DNA from: an uncultured Ectothiorhodospiraceae bacterium
GTDB lineage: Bacteria; Pseudomonadota; Gammaproteobacteria; JAABTG01
DNA: 37,499 bases
Assembly (NCBI GenBank): GCA_964461215.1
Contig: CAYWTP010000005.1
Span: 1 to 37,499, forward strand
Direction of reading: 5' to 3'
The notes under the pieces are model-generated. The model was not told the DNA's origin and searched no databases. It worked only from the letters and a program-made list of their open reading frames with translations. Below, in pieces: positions 17,124 to 26,210 of the stretch. How positions within the stretch are numbered: position 1 is the stretch's first letter; each line of letters starts with the position of its first letter. Both the position numbers and the translations under genes were made by a program.

Positions 17124-18971
17124 TTAGCGCGGCTGCGCGCCGCGCACGTCGAACTCCACCTTCCAGCGTTCGGGACCGCTGCGCGGCAGCGCCTCGATAC
17201 GCAGGGTGCCGGCCTCGGTGACCAGCGCGTGCAGCCGCACCGGCACCACCTCGCCCGGGGTACGGTCGTCGGCGGGCAGGATAGCCTCGATCTCGCCCAG
17301 CTCGTGCAGCTCGTCCGGCGACCAGGCGTCCAGCAGGGTGCCCACCTGGTCCTGGCGCCGCACCGAGCAGCCGAAGAAGCGAAAGCGCACCGGCTCGCCC
17401 ACGACCAGACCCAGCTCCTGGGGCGGCAGAGCTGCCTCGCTGCCCTCCTCCATACCGAAGGGTGCCACGCACAAGGCCCGCACCGGCGGCTCCAAGCCGG
17501 GCACCGCGGGCATGGCCGATTCCACGCCGATGTAGTAGGCCTGGGCGGTGCCGCCGCGGATCCGCACGCCGCCACCGCGGCGCACATAGCTGTAATAGGC
17601 GGCCCCGCGGGCCACGGCCAGATCCAGATCGGCCCCTTCCAGCAACCGGACCGGTGGTGCACCTTCGGCCGCCAGCCAGGCATTCAAGCAGGCCAGCGTG
17701 CGCTCCATCAGCACGGGCGCCTTGAACACGCCCCCATTGAACAGCACCGCGGTGGGATGGAGGAATCCGGCACCGTCCGGCACAGCCGTGGCAAAGCCCT
17801 CCAGCTCGGCGGTCGCCGCCGTCTGCCGGCCCAGAAAGGCTGCCAGATGGCGGGTGATGGCCGGGTCCTGGGCGTAGGGCAGTCCAAGCTGTGTCAGCCC
17901 CGTACGGGGCCGGCTCAGGGGCCGGGCCGAGGCCTCGACCAGGGGAATGAAGCCGTCCAGAAGGGTCTCGGTGACGTCCTGGTGGGTGAGCTCGGTGCGG
18001 ATGGAGCCGCCCAGGAGCCTGGAGCCGCGGCTGGGCACCACCACCGGCAACGACTGGCGCTGGGGCTCGTTTAGCAGGGTCTCCTTGGCTACCCGGCAGC
18101 CGTGGGAGAGAGCCCTGAGCTGCCAGGGATCGAGCCGGGTACCCTCTGCCGCCAGCTTTCGGGCAAGGCGATGGGCCAGGGCCAGATCCATGTTGTCGCC
18201 GCCGAGCAGGATGTGATCGCCCACGGCTACCCGGTGCAGCTCAAGATTGCCCTCGCGCTCCACCACCGCGACCAGTGACAGATCCGTAGTGCCGCCACCC
18301 ACGTCCACCACCAGGACGATGTCGCCCACCTCGACCTGCTTGCGCCAGGTGCCGCCGCTGCCCTGAAGCCAGCTATAGACGGCGGCCTGGGGCTCCTCCA
18401 GCAGGCTCATGTGGGCAAAGCCGGCCAGGCGTGCCGCCTCGGCGGAGAGCTCCCGCGCCGCCGGGTCGAAGGACGCCGGAATGGTGATGGTCACCTCCTG
18501 CTCGTGGATCGGAGCCTCGGGATGGGCATGGTTCCACGCATCCCGCAGGTGTTCCAGGTAGCGGACCGTGGCCTCCAACGGTGAGATCCGCGCCACCTCC
18601 TCCGGCGCCTCCGCCGGCAGGATGGCCGCGCGGCGGTCCACGCCCGCATGGCACAGCCAGCTCTTGGCGCTGGACACCAGCCGGATGGGGGTCTGGGCAC
18701 CGCGCTCGCGGGCCAGGCTGCCCACGGCGAACGCGTTGCCGTCGCTCCAGGGCACGGTGAGGTCGCCGGGAACGAGCTCATCGGGATGGGGCAGATAGAG
18801 AAATGAGGGCAGCAAGGGCCGTTCCTCGATGCTACCCGGTGCGGTGAGCTGGGGCACCGGCAGCATGTGCTGGGTGACCGCTTCGCCTTCGCTGGCCGCC
18901 AGATCCACGAAGGACAGCGCGCAATGGGTGGTACCCAGGTCGATGCCTACGGCGAAATGAGGCTCGCTCAC
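17124..18971 (-). CDS. Atypical Hsp70-family (DnaK-related) protein
   Basis: GIDLGTTH, TIPASFD, LEEPQAA, DVGGGTTD and LGGDNMD; ends WKVEFDVR with no helical lid. Confidence 0.9.
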   Translation of the reverse strand: MSEPHFAVGIDLGTTHCALSFVDLAASEGEAVTQHMLPVPQLTAPGSIEERPLLPSFLYLPHPDELVPGDLTVPWSDGNAFAVGSLARERGAQTPIRLVSSAKSWLCHAGVDRRAAILPAEAPEEVARISPLEATVRYLEHLRDAWNHAHPEAPIHEQEVTITIPASFDPAARELSAEAARLAGFAHMSLLEEPQAAVYSWLQGSGGTWRKQVEVGDIVLVVDVGGGTTDLSLVAVVEREGNLELHRVAVGDHILLGGDNMDLALAHRLARKLAAEGTRLDPWQLRALSHGCRVAKETLLNEPQRQSLPVVVPSRGSRLLGGSIRTELTHQDVTETLLDGFIPLVEASARPLSRPRTGLTQLGLPYAQDPAITRHLAAFLGRQTAATAELEGFATAVPDGAGFLHPTAVLFNGGVFKAPVLMERTLACLNAWLAAEGAPPVRLLEGADLDLAVARGAAYYSYVRRGGGVRIRGGTAQAYYIGVESAMPAVPGLEPPVRALCVAPFGMEEGSEAALPPQELGLVVGEPVRFRFFGCSVRRQDQVGTLLDAWSPDELHELGEIEAILPADDRTPGEVVPVRLHALVTEAGTLRIEALPRSGPERWKVEFDVRGAQPR

Positions 18972-19492
18972 AGCTCAACCTCCGCCGGGGCCAGCACGCG
19001 GGCGTCGTGCCCCGCCGCCAGCTTGGGCAGCTTCGCCTCGGACACCCGCCAGCCGCGATGGGTCAGGGTGCCCGTGAAGGGCGGCTCGCCCACCACGTTG
19101 CCGGCCAGCCGCACTTCAGATGCATCGAAACCCCGTTCCAGGACCACCCGGCTGCCTTCGGCCTCGGCCCGTACCGGCTCGATACTGAAGTGCTCGGCCA
19201 GCGCCTTGCGGCAGCCCTCGTGCACCACCCGCGCCGCGGCCCCCACCTCGGCGTCGGAATACCCGGCCACGTCTTCCTGCAGGAAGTCCACGAAACGCCC
19301 TTCGCGCTGCAGCATGGCGAGCAGCTGCAGGGCTGCCTCGGGACCGGGGACCCTGAGTGCCGGCTCCGCCTGCGGCAACGCGTGCGCGTCGCCGCGGGTG
19401 GCACGCAGCGCGGCGGCGGCCAGCCCGCCGTCGCCGAGCATGCGCAGTGCCAGGGACAGGCGAACGAAGAATGTGGGCTTGACCGCGTTCAT
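18968..19492 (-). CDS. DUF2760-type protein
   Basis: ALQLLAMLQREGRFVDFLQED...GAAARVVHEGCRK...PPFTGTLTHRGW...APAEVEL; GAGGAG RBS before ATG 19492; 4-bp overlap with the Hsp70 gene. Confidence 0.85.
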   Translation of the reverse strand: MNAVKPTFFVRLSLALRMLGDGGLAAAALRATRGDAHALPQAEPALRVPGPEAALQLLAMLQREGRFVDFLQEDVAGYSDAEVGAAARVVHEGCRKALAEHFSIEPVRAEAEGSRVVLERGFDASEVRLAGNVVGEPPFTGTLTHRGWRVSEAKLPKLAAGHDARVLAPAEVEL

Positions 19493-19611
19493 GGCTCGCT
19501 CCTCGTGAGCTTCGCGTAGGGGATGCGCGATCGTAGCACGGGCAGAAGGCATGCGGACCGGACTCGGTGGCGCTCGCCCGAGCCCGCGACGTAGGGGAAC
19601 GGCGTTGCAAA

Positions 19612-21480
19612 TCAGCCCGAAGGGTCCACCATGGGCTCTATGAGAATCTCGACACGCCGGCTCAGGCTTCTGGGGAGCGGCCCGCTGGCTCCAGTGACCG
19701 GCTCGCTCTCGCCGCGCCCCTCGCCGCGCACGCGCTCGCTGCTCACTCCCTTGGCGACCAGATAGGCGGCCACAGCCTCGGCGCGGCGCTGGGACAGGCG
19801 CAGATTATATGCCGGCGCGCCGCTGGCGTCGGTATAGCCCAGCACCACCATCCCGGCGGCGGTGTGCCGGACGAGAACACCGGCGATGGCCGACAGCACG
19901 GGCCGGGATCCAGGGGGAATGTCGGCACTGTCAAAAGCGAAAGTCACGTTTCGCCGCAGATCCAGGACCAGGGTGGAAGCATCCGGGCGCTGCACTTTCA
20001 GCCCCAGGGCCCTCAGATCCCGCGCCACCTCGCTGAGCGCCTCCGCCGGCGCGGGCTCCGCGCGGACCGGTTGCGGCGGCACGGCCGCGGACCTGGGCGG
20101 CTCGGCGACCCTCGCCGTCGCGGATGAGGCCTGGACCGGAACGCTGGCTGTAGTGGCCACCACGGTCGGCGGCTGGCGCCGGGCAACACCAGGTCCGGCG
20201 CGCTGGCGATGACGTGGGCGGGTCATGTCCACCACCCGGGCATCCAGGCTGCGCCGCAGGCTGGACAGAAATGGCGGGCGAGTCGCCGACAGCCAGGCCA
20301 GAGCTGCCGCCACCAGCACCACGGCAAGTGCACCCAGGCCCGTCCGACCCGGCCATGGACTGCGCTGGCGACAGCGCAGAATCCGTGGCAACCGGTCCTT
20401 CTGCGGTCTGACCCCTACCCCTGCCTTGGCGTCGTGCGGCCAGGCGTCGTCAGCGGCCGCGCCGCCGCCCCCCCGGCCCTCTTCCCGCAGGGTCGGGAAA
20501 GGATCGGCCGCCGTGCCCGGCGCACTTGCAAGGAACAGTGGCCGCACATTGTCCACGAGCCCTGCGTCCGTGCCTCTTGCGCCGTCGGCTACGCCCAGTC
20601 GTTGGACCGCGGCGGCGCCAAGGTCGGGATCCGTCAACGCGGTGCAGGGCGGGCTGCTCGGGGACGCCAAGAGCTCCGCACGCAGCTCTTCGCAGACCTT
20701 GACCACGTCACGCCCATCGAGCTCGTGCCTTTGCTCGACCGCGCCGTGGAGCAGGAGCCGGCTGCAGATCCGGTTGATGTGGCGCGGTATACCCTGGCTG
20801 AACCGATAGACCAGAAAGAATACGTCCTCCCCCAGCCGTGGATCGTAACGCCACCCGGCCAGCCGCAAGCGATGCTCGATGTAGGCCCGAGTCTCGTCAA
20901 CGTGCAGCGGCGCCAGCCCATAGAGCGCGGTGAGCCCGGTGCAGATCTCGGCCGCCCGCAGAGATGCCAGCAGATCCTTAAGGGGGTCCTGTCCCACCAG
21001 CAGGACTCGCAGCAGCGGGCGCCCCCCCTCGGAGAGCTGCCTCAGCAGGCACAGCTCCTTAAGGGCTTCCCCGGACAAGGCCTGGGCCTCATCGACCACC
21101 AGCAGCACACCCATGCCCTGCTCGGCCTGGCGGCGCAGGAATGCCTCCAGCCCCGCCAGGACCTGCGCCCTGTCGAGTCCTTCGCAGCGTACCCCGAAGC
21201 CCGAGGCAATCAGGCGGACCAAGTCTTCGGCCTGCACCTGGGTGCTTACGAGCCGGGCCGTGACCACGTGGTCCGGCGACAGGCTGCCCAACAGATCCAG
21301 GGTCAGCGTCGTCTTGCCGGTCCCCGGCAGGCCAGTGAGCACGGTCAAGCCTTCGCCGCGGAGCAGAGCCTGCTCGATATACGCCCGCGCATCGAGGTAG
21401 CCGCGATGGAGAAAGCACGGTCCGGCATTGGGATTGAGCCGGAACGGCTCGGTGTCGAGATGATAGAACGCTTCGAGCAT
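19612..21480 (-). CDS. ExeA/GspA-like AAA ATPase fused to TM helix and OmpA-like peptidoglycan-binding domain
   Basis: MLEAFYHL..EPF, Walker A GLPGTGKTT, Walker B LVVDEAQ and GIPRHIN; TM LGALAVVLVAAALAWL; OmpA motifs FAFDSA, GYTD..G...YN..LS.RRA and RRVEI. Confidence 0.88.
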   Translation of the reverse strand: MLEAFYHLDTEPFRLNPNAGPCFLHRGYLDARAYIEQALLRGEGLTVLTGLPGTGKTTLTLDLLGSLSPDHVVTARLVSTQVQAEDLVRLIASGFGVRCEGLDRAQVLAGLEAFLRRQAEQGMGVLLVVDEAQALSGEALKELCLLRQLSEGGRPLLRVLLVGQDPLKDLLASLRAAEICTGLTALYGLAPLHVDETRAYIEHRLRLAGWRYDPRLGEDVFFLVYRFSQGIPRHINRICSRLLLHGAVEQRHELDGRDVVKVCEELRAELLASPSSPPCTALTDPDLGAAAVQRLGVADGARGTDAGLVDNVRPLFLASAPGTAADPFPTLREEGRGGGGAAADDAWPHDAKAGVGVRPQKDRLPRILRCRQRSPWPGRTGLGALAVVLVAAALAWLSATRPPFLSSLRRSLDARVVDMTRPRHRQRAGPGVARRQPPTVVATTASVPVQASSATARVAEPPRSAAVPPQPVRAEPAPAEALSEVARDLRALGLKVQRPDASTLVLDLRRNVTFAFDSADIPPGSRPVLSAIAGVLVRHTAAGMVVLGYTDASGAPAYNLRLSQRRAEAVAAYLVAKGVSSERVRGEGRGESEPVTGASGPLPRSLSRRVEILIEPMVDPSG

Positions 21481-21530
21481 CGGCTCCGGCTCGTTTGCAG
21501 GGGCGGAAACTAAAGCTGCCCCGATTGAGC

Positions 21531-21558
21531 TTATCGGCGCCGGAGGCCGCTCGCTTGA
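21531..21558 (-). promoter_or_regulatory. Candidate sigma-28 (FliA) promoter
   Basis: Minus strand TCAAG-N15-GCCGATAA; the -10 element is a perfect match and lies 50 bp upstream of ATG 21480. Confidence 0.55.
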
Positions 21559-21696
21559 CCATTCCCTGCCATCCCCGATTCGGGCCGAGCCAGGCGGGGC
21601 GCAGACCACGGCGGCAAAGGTTGCTATAGTACGGACCCTCGCCGGACGCGCTCGAATGTGGCACCGGCCCACCGTCCCAGCCTCGGAGGTTCAATC

Positions 21697-22290
21697 GTGT
21701 TAAGGCAGTGGCTTCTCGTGTGCGCCGTCCTGGTGCCGGCCTGGATCGGCCGGCCCGCCGCTGCCACGGAGCCCTGGCGTCCCGTGGTGCATATGCAGAC
21801 CAGCATGGGTGAGATTGTGCTGGAGCTGGACCCGACGAAGGCGCCGGAAACCGTGGCCAACTTCCTGCAATACGTGCGGGATGGCTTCTACGACGGCACC
21901 ATCTTTCACCGGGTCATCGGTAACTTCATGATCCAGGGCGGCGGCTACACCGCCGACTACCACGAGAAACCCACTCGCGCGCCTATCCGCAACGAGGCCG
22001 ACAACGGTCTAAAGAACGTCCGCGGCACCGTCGCTATGGCCCGCACCATGGACCCGCACTCGGCCACCGCGCAGTTCTTCATCAACGTGGTGGACAACGA
22101 CAACCTGGACCACACGGATCGCTCCACGCTTGGCTGGGGCTATACCGTATTCGGACACGTTATCGGAGGTACGGAGGTGGTGGACCGGATCCGCGCGGTT
22201 CCCACGGGCCCCGGCGGACCGTTCTCCAGTGACGTGCCGCAGACGCCGGTGGTCATCGAGAAGGTAACTGTAGAGGAGAAATCACAATGA
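21697..22290 (+). CDS. ppiA: Periplasmic cyclophilin-type PPIase
   Basis: Signal peptide after GGAGG/GTG 21697; [23 protein letters not shown] and QFFINV. Confidence 0.9.
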   Translation: MLRQWLLVCAVLVPAWIGRPAAATEPWRPVVHMQTSMGEIVLELDPTKAPETVANFLQYVRDGFYDGTIFHRVIGNFMIQGGGYTADYHEKPTRAPIRNEADNGLKNVRGTVAMARTMDPHSATAQFFINVVDNDNLDHTDRSTLGWGYTVFGHVIGGTEVVDRIRAVPTGPGGPFSSDVPQTPVVIEKVTVEEKSQ

Positions 22291-22787
22291 AGGTTCAGAT
22301 GCAGACCACTTACGGTGACATCATCCTGGAGCTGGACGGCGAGAAGGCGCCCGAAACGGTGGAGAACTTTGCCACCTACGTGCGTGAAGGCTTCTACGAT
22401 GGCACGATCTTTCATCGGGTGATCGACGGATTCATGATCCAGGGCGGCGGCTTCGAGCCCGGCATGAAGCACAAGGACACCCATCCGCCGGTCAAGAACG
22501 AGGCCGAAAACGGGCTGGAGAACCTCACCGGCACCATCGCCATGGCCCGTACCCCTGATCCTCATTCCGCCTCCTCGCAGTTCTTCATCAATGTGAAGGA
22601 CAACGCTTTTCTGGATTTCTCCTCGGCCACCGAGCGGGGCTGGGGATATTGCGTCTTCGGCAAGGTGGCCGAAGGCATGGAGGTGGTGGAAAAGATTAAG
22701 AAGGTGGCTACTACCAGCCGGGCGGGCCACCAGGATGTCCCGGTGGACGACGTGGTCATCGAGCGCGCAACGATTGCAGAGGACTAG
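22287..22787 (+). CDS. ppiB: Cytoplasmic cyclophilin-type PPIase B
   Basis: [25 protein letters not shown] and GHQDVP; directly upstream of lpxH. Confidence 0.95.
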   Translation: MKVQMQTTYGDIILELDGEKAPETVENFATYVREGFYDGTIFHRVIDGFMIQGGGFEPGMKHKDTHPPVKNEAENGLENLTGTIAMARTPDPHSASSQFFINVKDNAFLDFSSATERGWGYCVFGKVAEGMEVVEKIKKVATTSRAGHQDVPVDDVVIERATIAED

Positions 22788-22798
22788 GTAGCCTGCGC

Positions 22799-23581
22799 AT
22801 GGCGGTGCTCTTCGTATCCGACGTACACTTGAGCGCACGCCGGCCGCAGCGGGTCGAGGCGTTTCTGTGGTTTCTGGAACACATGGCGCCGCGCGCACAG
22901 GCTCTCTATCTGCTGGGAGACCTGTTCGACCAGTGGCTGGGAGACGACGATACCGAAGATCCCCACAAGCCGGTGGTCCGGGCTCTGGCCAAGCTCGCGG
23001 GAACGGCGACCGCCGTCTACGCCATGCACGGCAACCACGATTTTCTGCTGGGAGCCGGCTTCGCGGAGCAAACCGGGGCACGGCTTCTACCCGACCCCTC
23101 GTTGGTCGATGTGTACGGAACCCCGGTGCTGCTGATGCACGGCGATTCGCTATGCACCGACGACGTGAAATACCAGCAGTGGCGCATTTACTCCCGCAAC
23201 CCCGAGAACCAGCGAATGTTCCTGAGCCTGCCCATGGCGGACCGGGTGGAAAGGGCTGCCATGATTCGGGACGAGTCCAGCCGCCAGATACAGCGCAAGC
23301 CGGAGGAGATCATGGACGTCAACGCCGAGGCGGTCGCCCGGACCCTGCGGGAGTACGGGGTACGCCACCTGATCCACGGGCACACTCACCGTCCGGCCGT
23401 CCATACCCTGGATCTCGATGGTGGCCCGGCGACCCGAATCGTCCTCGGAGACTGGTACCAGGGTGACAGCGTGCTGCTGTGGACCGAGGGCGGTTACCGC
23501 CTGTCGGGGCTGGCGGAGCTGGGTCAAGTCCTGGGCGAGAGCGATGCGCCTGCCCAACGGATCCCACCCGCTACGGCGTAG
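22799..23581 (+). CDS. lpxH: UDP-2,3-diacylglucosamine hydrolase
   Basis: SDVHL, LGDLFD.W.GDD, HGNHDFL, HGD.LCTDD, HGHTHRP and VLGDW; conserved ppiB-lpxH order. Confidence 0.95.
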   Translation: MAVLFVSDVHLSARRPQRVEAFLWFLEHMAPRAQALYLLGDLFDQWLGDDDTEDPHKPVVRALAKLAGTATAVYAMHGNHDFLLGAGFAEQTGARLLPDPSLVDVYGTPVLLMHGDSLCTDDVKYQQWRIYSRNPENQRMFLSLPMADRVERAAMIRDESSRQIQRKPEEIMDVNAEAVARTLREYGVRHLIHGHTHRPAVHTLDLDGGPATRIVLGDWYQGDSVLLWTEGGYRLSGLAELGQVLGESDAPAQRIPPATA

Positions 23582-23684
23582 AAAGCGCGCTTGCTCGCGA
23601 CTGACATAAAAGCCTCAGCTTGACGGAAGTCCCGCCTCTGCGCGGGACGAGACCATCGTATCCAGACCAACGCAGGGATTGAGG

Positions 23685-24458
23685 ATGAAGGAAGGCAAAT
23701 CCCCCGCCGTCATCATCGGCATCGGCGAGATGGGTGGCGTGTTCGCCCGCGGCTTTCTGCGTGCCGGATATCCGGTCTATCCAGTCACCCGGGAAGATCC
23801 CCCCGCTCACGTGGCCGGCGTGGTACCGGACCCGACGCTGGTGCTGCTTGCCGTGGCGGAGAAGGACTTCCGGGAAGCGCTGGCCACCGTCCCGGATCCC
23901 TGGCGCGACCGCACCGCTCTGCTGCAGAACGAACTCCTGCCCCGCGATTGGCGGAGTCTGGGCCACGAGCCGACGGTGATCTCCGTCTGGTTCGAAAAGA
24001 AGAAGGGCCAGGACGCCAAGATCATCATCCCGTCTCCCGTCTACGGCCCGAAGGCCGATCTCCTGGCTCGGATCCTGGCGGAGGTTGAGATCCCGGCGCG
24101 GGTGGTTTCCGACCCCGACGAGATGCTCTTCGAGCTGGTGCGCAAGAATCTGTATATCCTCGCCGGCAATATTGCCGGTCTCAAGGTGGGAGGCACGGTC
24201 GGTGAGCTACGCAGCCGGCACGGTGCTCTGCTGCGGGATTTGGTCGGAGAGGCGCTGCAGATTCAGGAGTGGCTCGTGGGACGAAAGCTACCCGCCGAGC
24301 GCCTCTTGGAAGGTCTTCTGGAGGCGTTTGCCGGCGATCCCGACCACCGTTGCGCGGGCCGTTCGGCGCCCGCGCGCCTGATCCGAGCCCTGGAACACGC
24401 GGACGCCGCCGGACTCGCGGTACCCACCCTCAGAGCGATCCGGGAGCTGATCGGATGA
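23685..24458 (+). CDS. Rossmann-fold (ketopantoate-reductase-like) NAD(P)-binding protein
   Basis: IIGIGEMGGVFA dinucleotide-binding loop, LLQNEL and RKNLYIL. Confidence 0.7.
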   Translation: MKEGKSPAVIIGIGEMGGVFARGFLRAGYPVYPVTREDPPAHVAGVVPDPTLVLLAVAEKDFREALATVPDPWRDRTALLQNELLPRDWRSLGHEPTVISVWFEKKKGQDAKIIIPSPVYGPKADLLARILAEVEIPARVVSDPDEMLFELVRKNLYILAGNIAGLKVGGTVGELRSRHGALLRDLVGEALQIQEWLVGRKLPAERLLEGLLEAFAGDPDHRCAGRSAPARLIRALEHADAAGLAVPTLRAIRELIG

Positions 24459-25204
24459 GCACCCCGGTTACCACCTTCCCGGATACCGGCACCGCGGGCA
24501 AGGACTTGCGCCTCTCGGTTGTCATTCCGTGCTACAACGAGGTGACGACCCTGGAGCGAATCATCGATGCCGTGCGCGCAGCGCCCGTGCAAAGCATCGA
24601 GATCGTGGTGGTCGACGACGGCTCCACCGACGGCAGCCGGGAGCTGCTGCGGGGCCCCCTGGCCGCCAAGGTGGATTCGGTGGTGCTGCATGAGGTCAAC
24701 CAGGGCAAAGGGGCCGCTCTGCGCACCGGATTCCATAAGGCCACCGGCGACTTCGTGGTGGTCCAGGACGCCGATCTGGAGTACGACCCCCAGGAGTATC
24801 CCAAGCTGCTCCAGCCCCTGATCGACGGCAAGGCCGACGTGGTCTACGGGAGCCGTTTCGTCGGAGAAGGTGCCCACCGGGTCCTGTATTTCTGGCACTC
24901 CATGGCCAACAAGCTGCTGACCCTGCTGTGCAACATGGTCTGCGACCTGAACCTCACGGACATGGAGACCTGCTACAAGGTCTTCCGCCGCGAACTCATC
25001 CAAGGCATCGGCTTGCGCGAGAACCGCTTTGGCATCGAGCCGGAAGTCACCATCAAGATGGCCCGCATTCCCCACATCCGGGTCTACGAGGTGGGCATCA
25101 CCTATTCGGGTCGGACTTACGACGAAGGCAAAAAGATAGGCTGGAAGGACGGCCTCAAGGCGCTGTACTGCATCGTCAAATACGGCGTCCTGCGGGTCGA
25201 CTAA
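24455..25204 (+). CDS. GT2 glycosyltransferase (DPM1/polyprenol-phosphate type)
   Basis: SVVIPCYNE, VDDGSTDG, NQGKGAA, QDADLEY, DMETCYK and EGKKIGWKDG; ATGA overlap at 24455. Confidence 0.93.
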   Translation: MSTPVTTFPDTGTAGKDLRLSVVIPCYNEVTTLERIIDAVRAAPVQSIEIVVVDDGSTDGSRELLRGPLAAKVDSVVLHEVNQGKGAALRTGFHKATGDFVVVQDADLEYDPQEYPKLLQPLIDGKADVVYGSRFVGEGAHRVLYFWHSMANKLLTLLCNMVCDLNLTDMETCYKVFRRELIQGIGLRENRFGIEPEVTIKMARIPHIRVYEVGITYSGRTYDEGKKIGWKDGLKALYCIVKYGVLRVD

Positions 25205-25322
25205 AGGCCAGTCGCCCAGGGAGGGGGCACCAGGAACTTGGGGATCGCCGGAGCGACGGCGAGCCTCCCTCCCCCCTCTCACTCGTCTCGCCAGTCCCGC
25301 CACTCTCGCCACCTTCCACCCC

Positions 25323-25970
25323 TCACGCCGCCTTCAAACCCAGCTCGGCCAGGCGTTCCCGCAGAGCCCAGATCTGCTGCGGCACGATGTCGGCGTGAAA
25401 GCCAGCCTCGCGCAAACGCTCCCGCAGCATGTGAGCCTCGGGACGATCGATCTGGTTGAGGAGCTTGTCGAAGATCACGTTGACCTCACCGCGTTCCACC
25501 TCCTCGGTGATGCGCAGAGCTTCGTCCAAGGACATGGAGTCGGCGCGCCGCTGGACGTCCCGCAGAGTCCGCATCTGCTGCCGGATCGCCGGATCACGCA
25601 CCGACGGCACGTAACGGATGGACGGGCTCATCTTTACGGCATGCAAGCAGATGTTCATCACCCGCGCATGCTCCTCCTCTTCCGCCTGCAGCGTCTTGAA
25701 CAGCTGGCAGGCCGGAACGATGTCCTCGAAGCGCTCAGCCATATGCTCGTAGATCCGTGCCACCCGCAGCTCGAACAGCGCCGAGAGCCGGTATGCATCG
25801 CCGACCGCACCGAACATGGGCAGATAGCGCCTCGACAGCTTGTCGGCCGCCCGTGCCAGCAGTGTCTTGCGCGGCCGCAGGAGCGTGCCCAGAAGGACGT
25901 CCACTCCAAACAGCCGACTCACCTCGACCGGATGCGCCAAGCAATACCTTGTGCCAACTAACGAGACCAT
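25323..25970 (-). CDS. Ferritin-like/rubrerythrin-type protein with N-terminal extension
   Basis: FELRVARIY, LQAEEEEHA (ExxH) and EVERGE; GGAGGTG RBS. Confidence 0.65.
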   Translation of the reverse strand: MVSLVGTRYCLAHPVEVSRLFGVDVLLGTLLRPRKTLLARAADKLSRRYLPMFGAVGDAYRLSALFELRVARIYEHMAERFEDIVPACQLFKTLQAEEEEHARVMNICLHAVKMSPSIRYVPSVRDPAIRQQMRTLRDVQRRADSMSLDEALRITEEVERGEVNVIFDKLLNQIDRPEAHMLRERLREAGFHADIVPQQIWALRERLAELGLKAA

Positions 25971-26210
25971 AGATCACCTCCTTGCGCATGCTCCCAGTCG
26001 CGAGGATTCCAGCGCGGGGGACCATGGCGGCCTTGCACTCTTATGAGCATTTGATTGCACGTTTTGCAGAACGTTTCCTTGACCTGGCTCACCAATCCGG
26101 GCCGAGGCCTATACTGGCGAATACGGCGAAGGGTCTGCCTGCCGGCCTGCTCTATACTGAGCAAGGCTGTTTCACCTCCGACCCCGTAAGGCCCGCGCCG
26201 CCCGAGACCC

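Noticed and set aside
14031-18074. Plus-strand ORFs 14031..15527 and 16953..18074
   Set aside because: Antisense shadows of the Hsp70 and GH57 genes.
14349-18971. Naming the Hsp70 genes dnaK, hscA or hscC
   Set aside because: They lack the canonical linker, lid and co-chaperone context.
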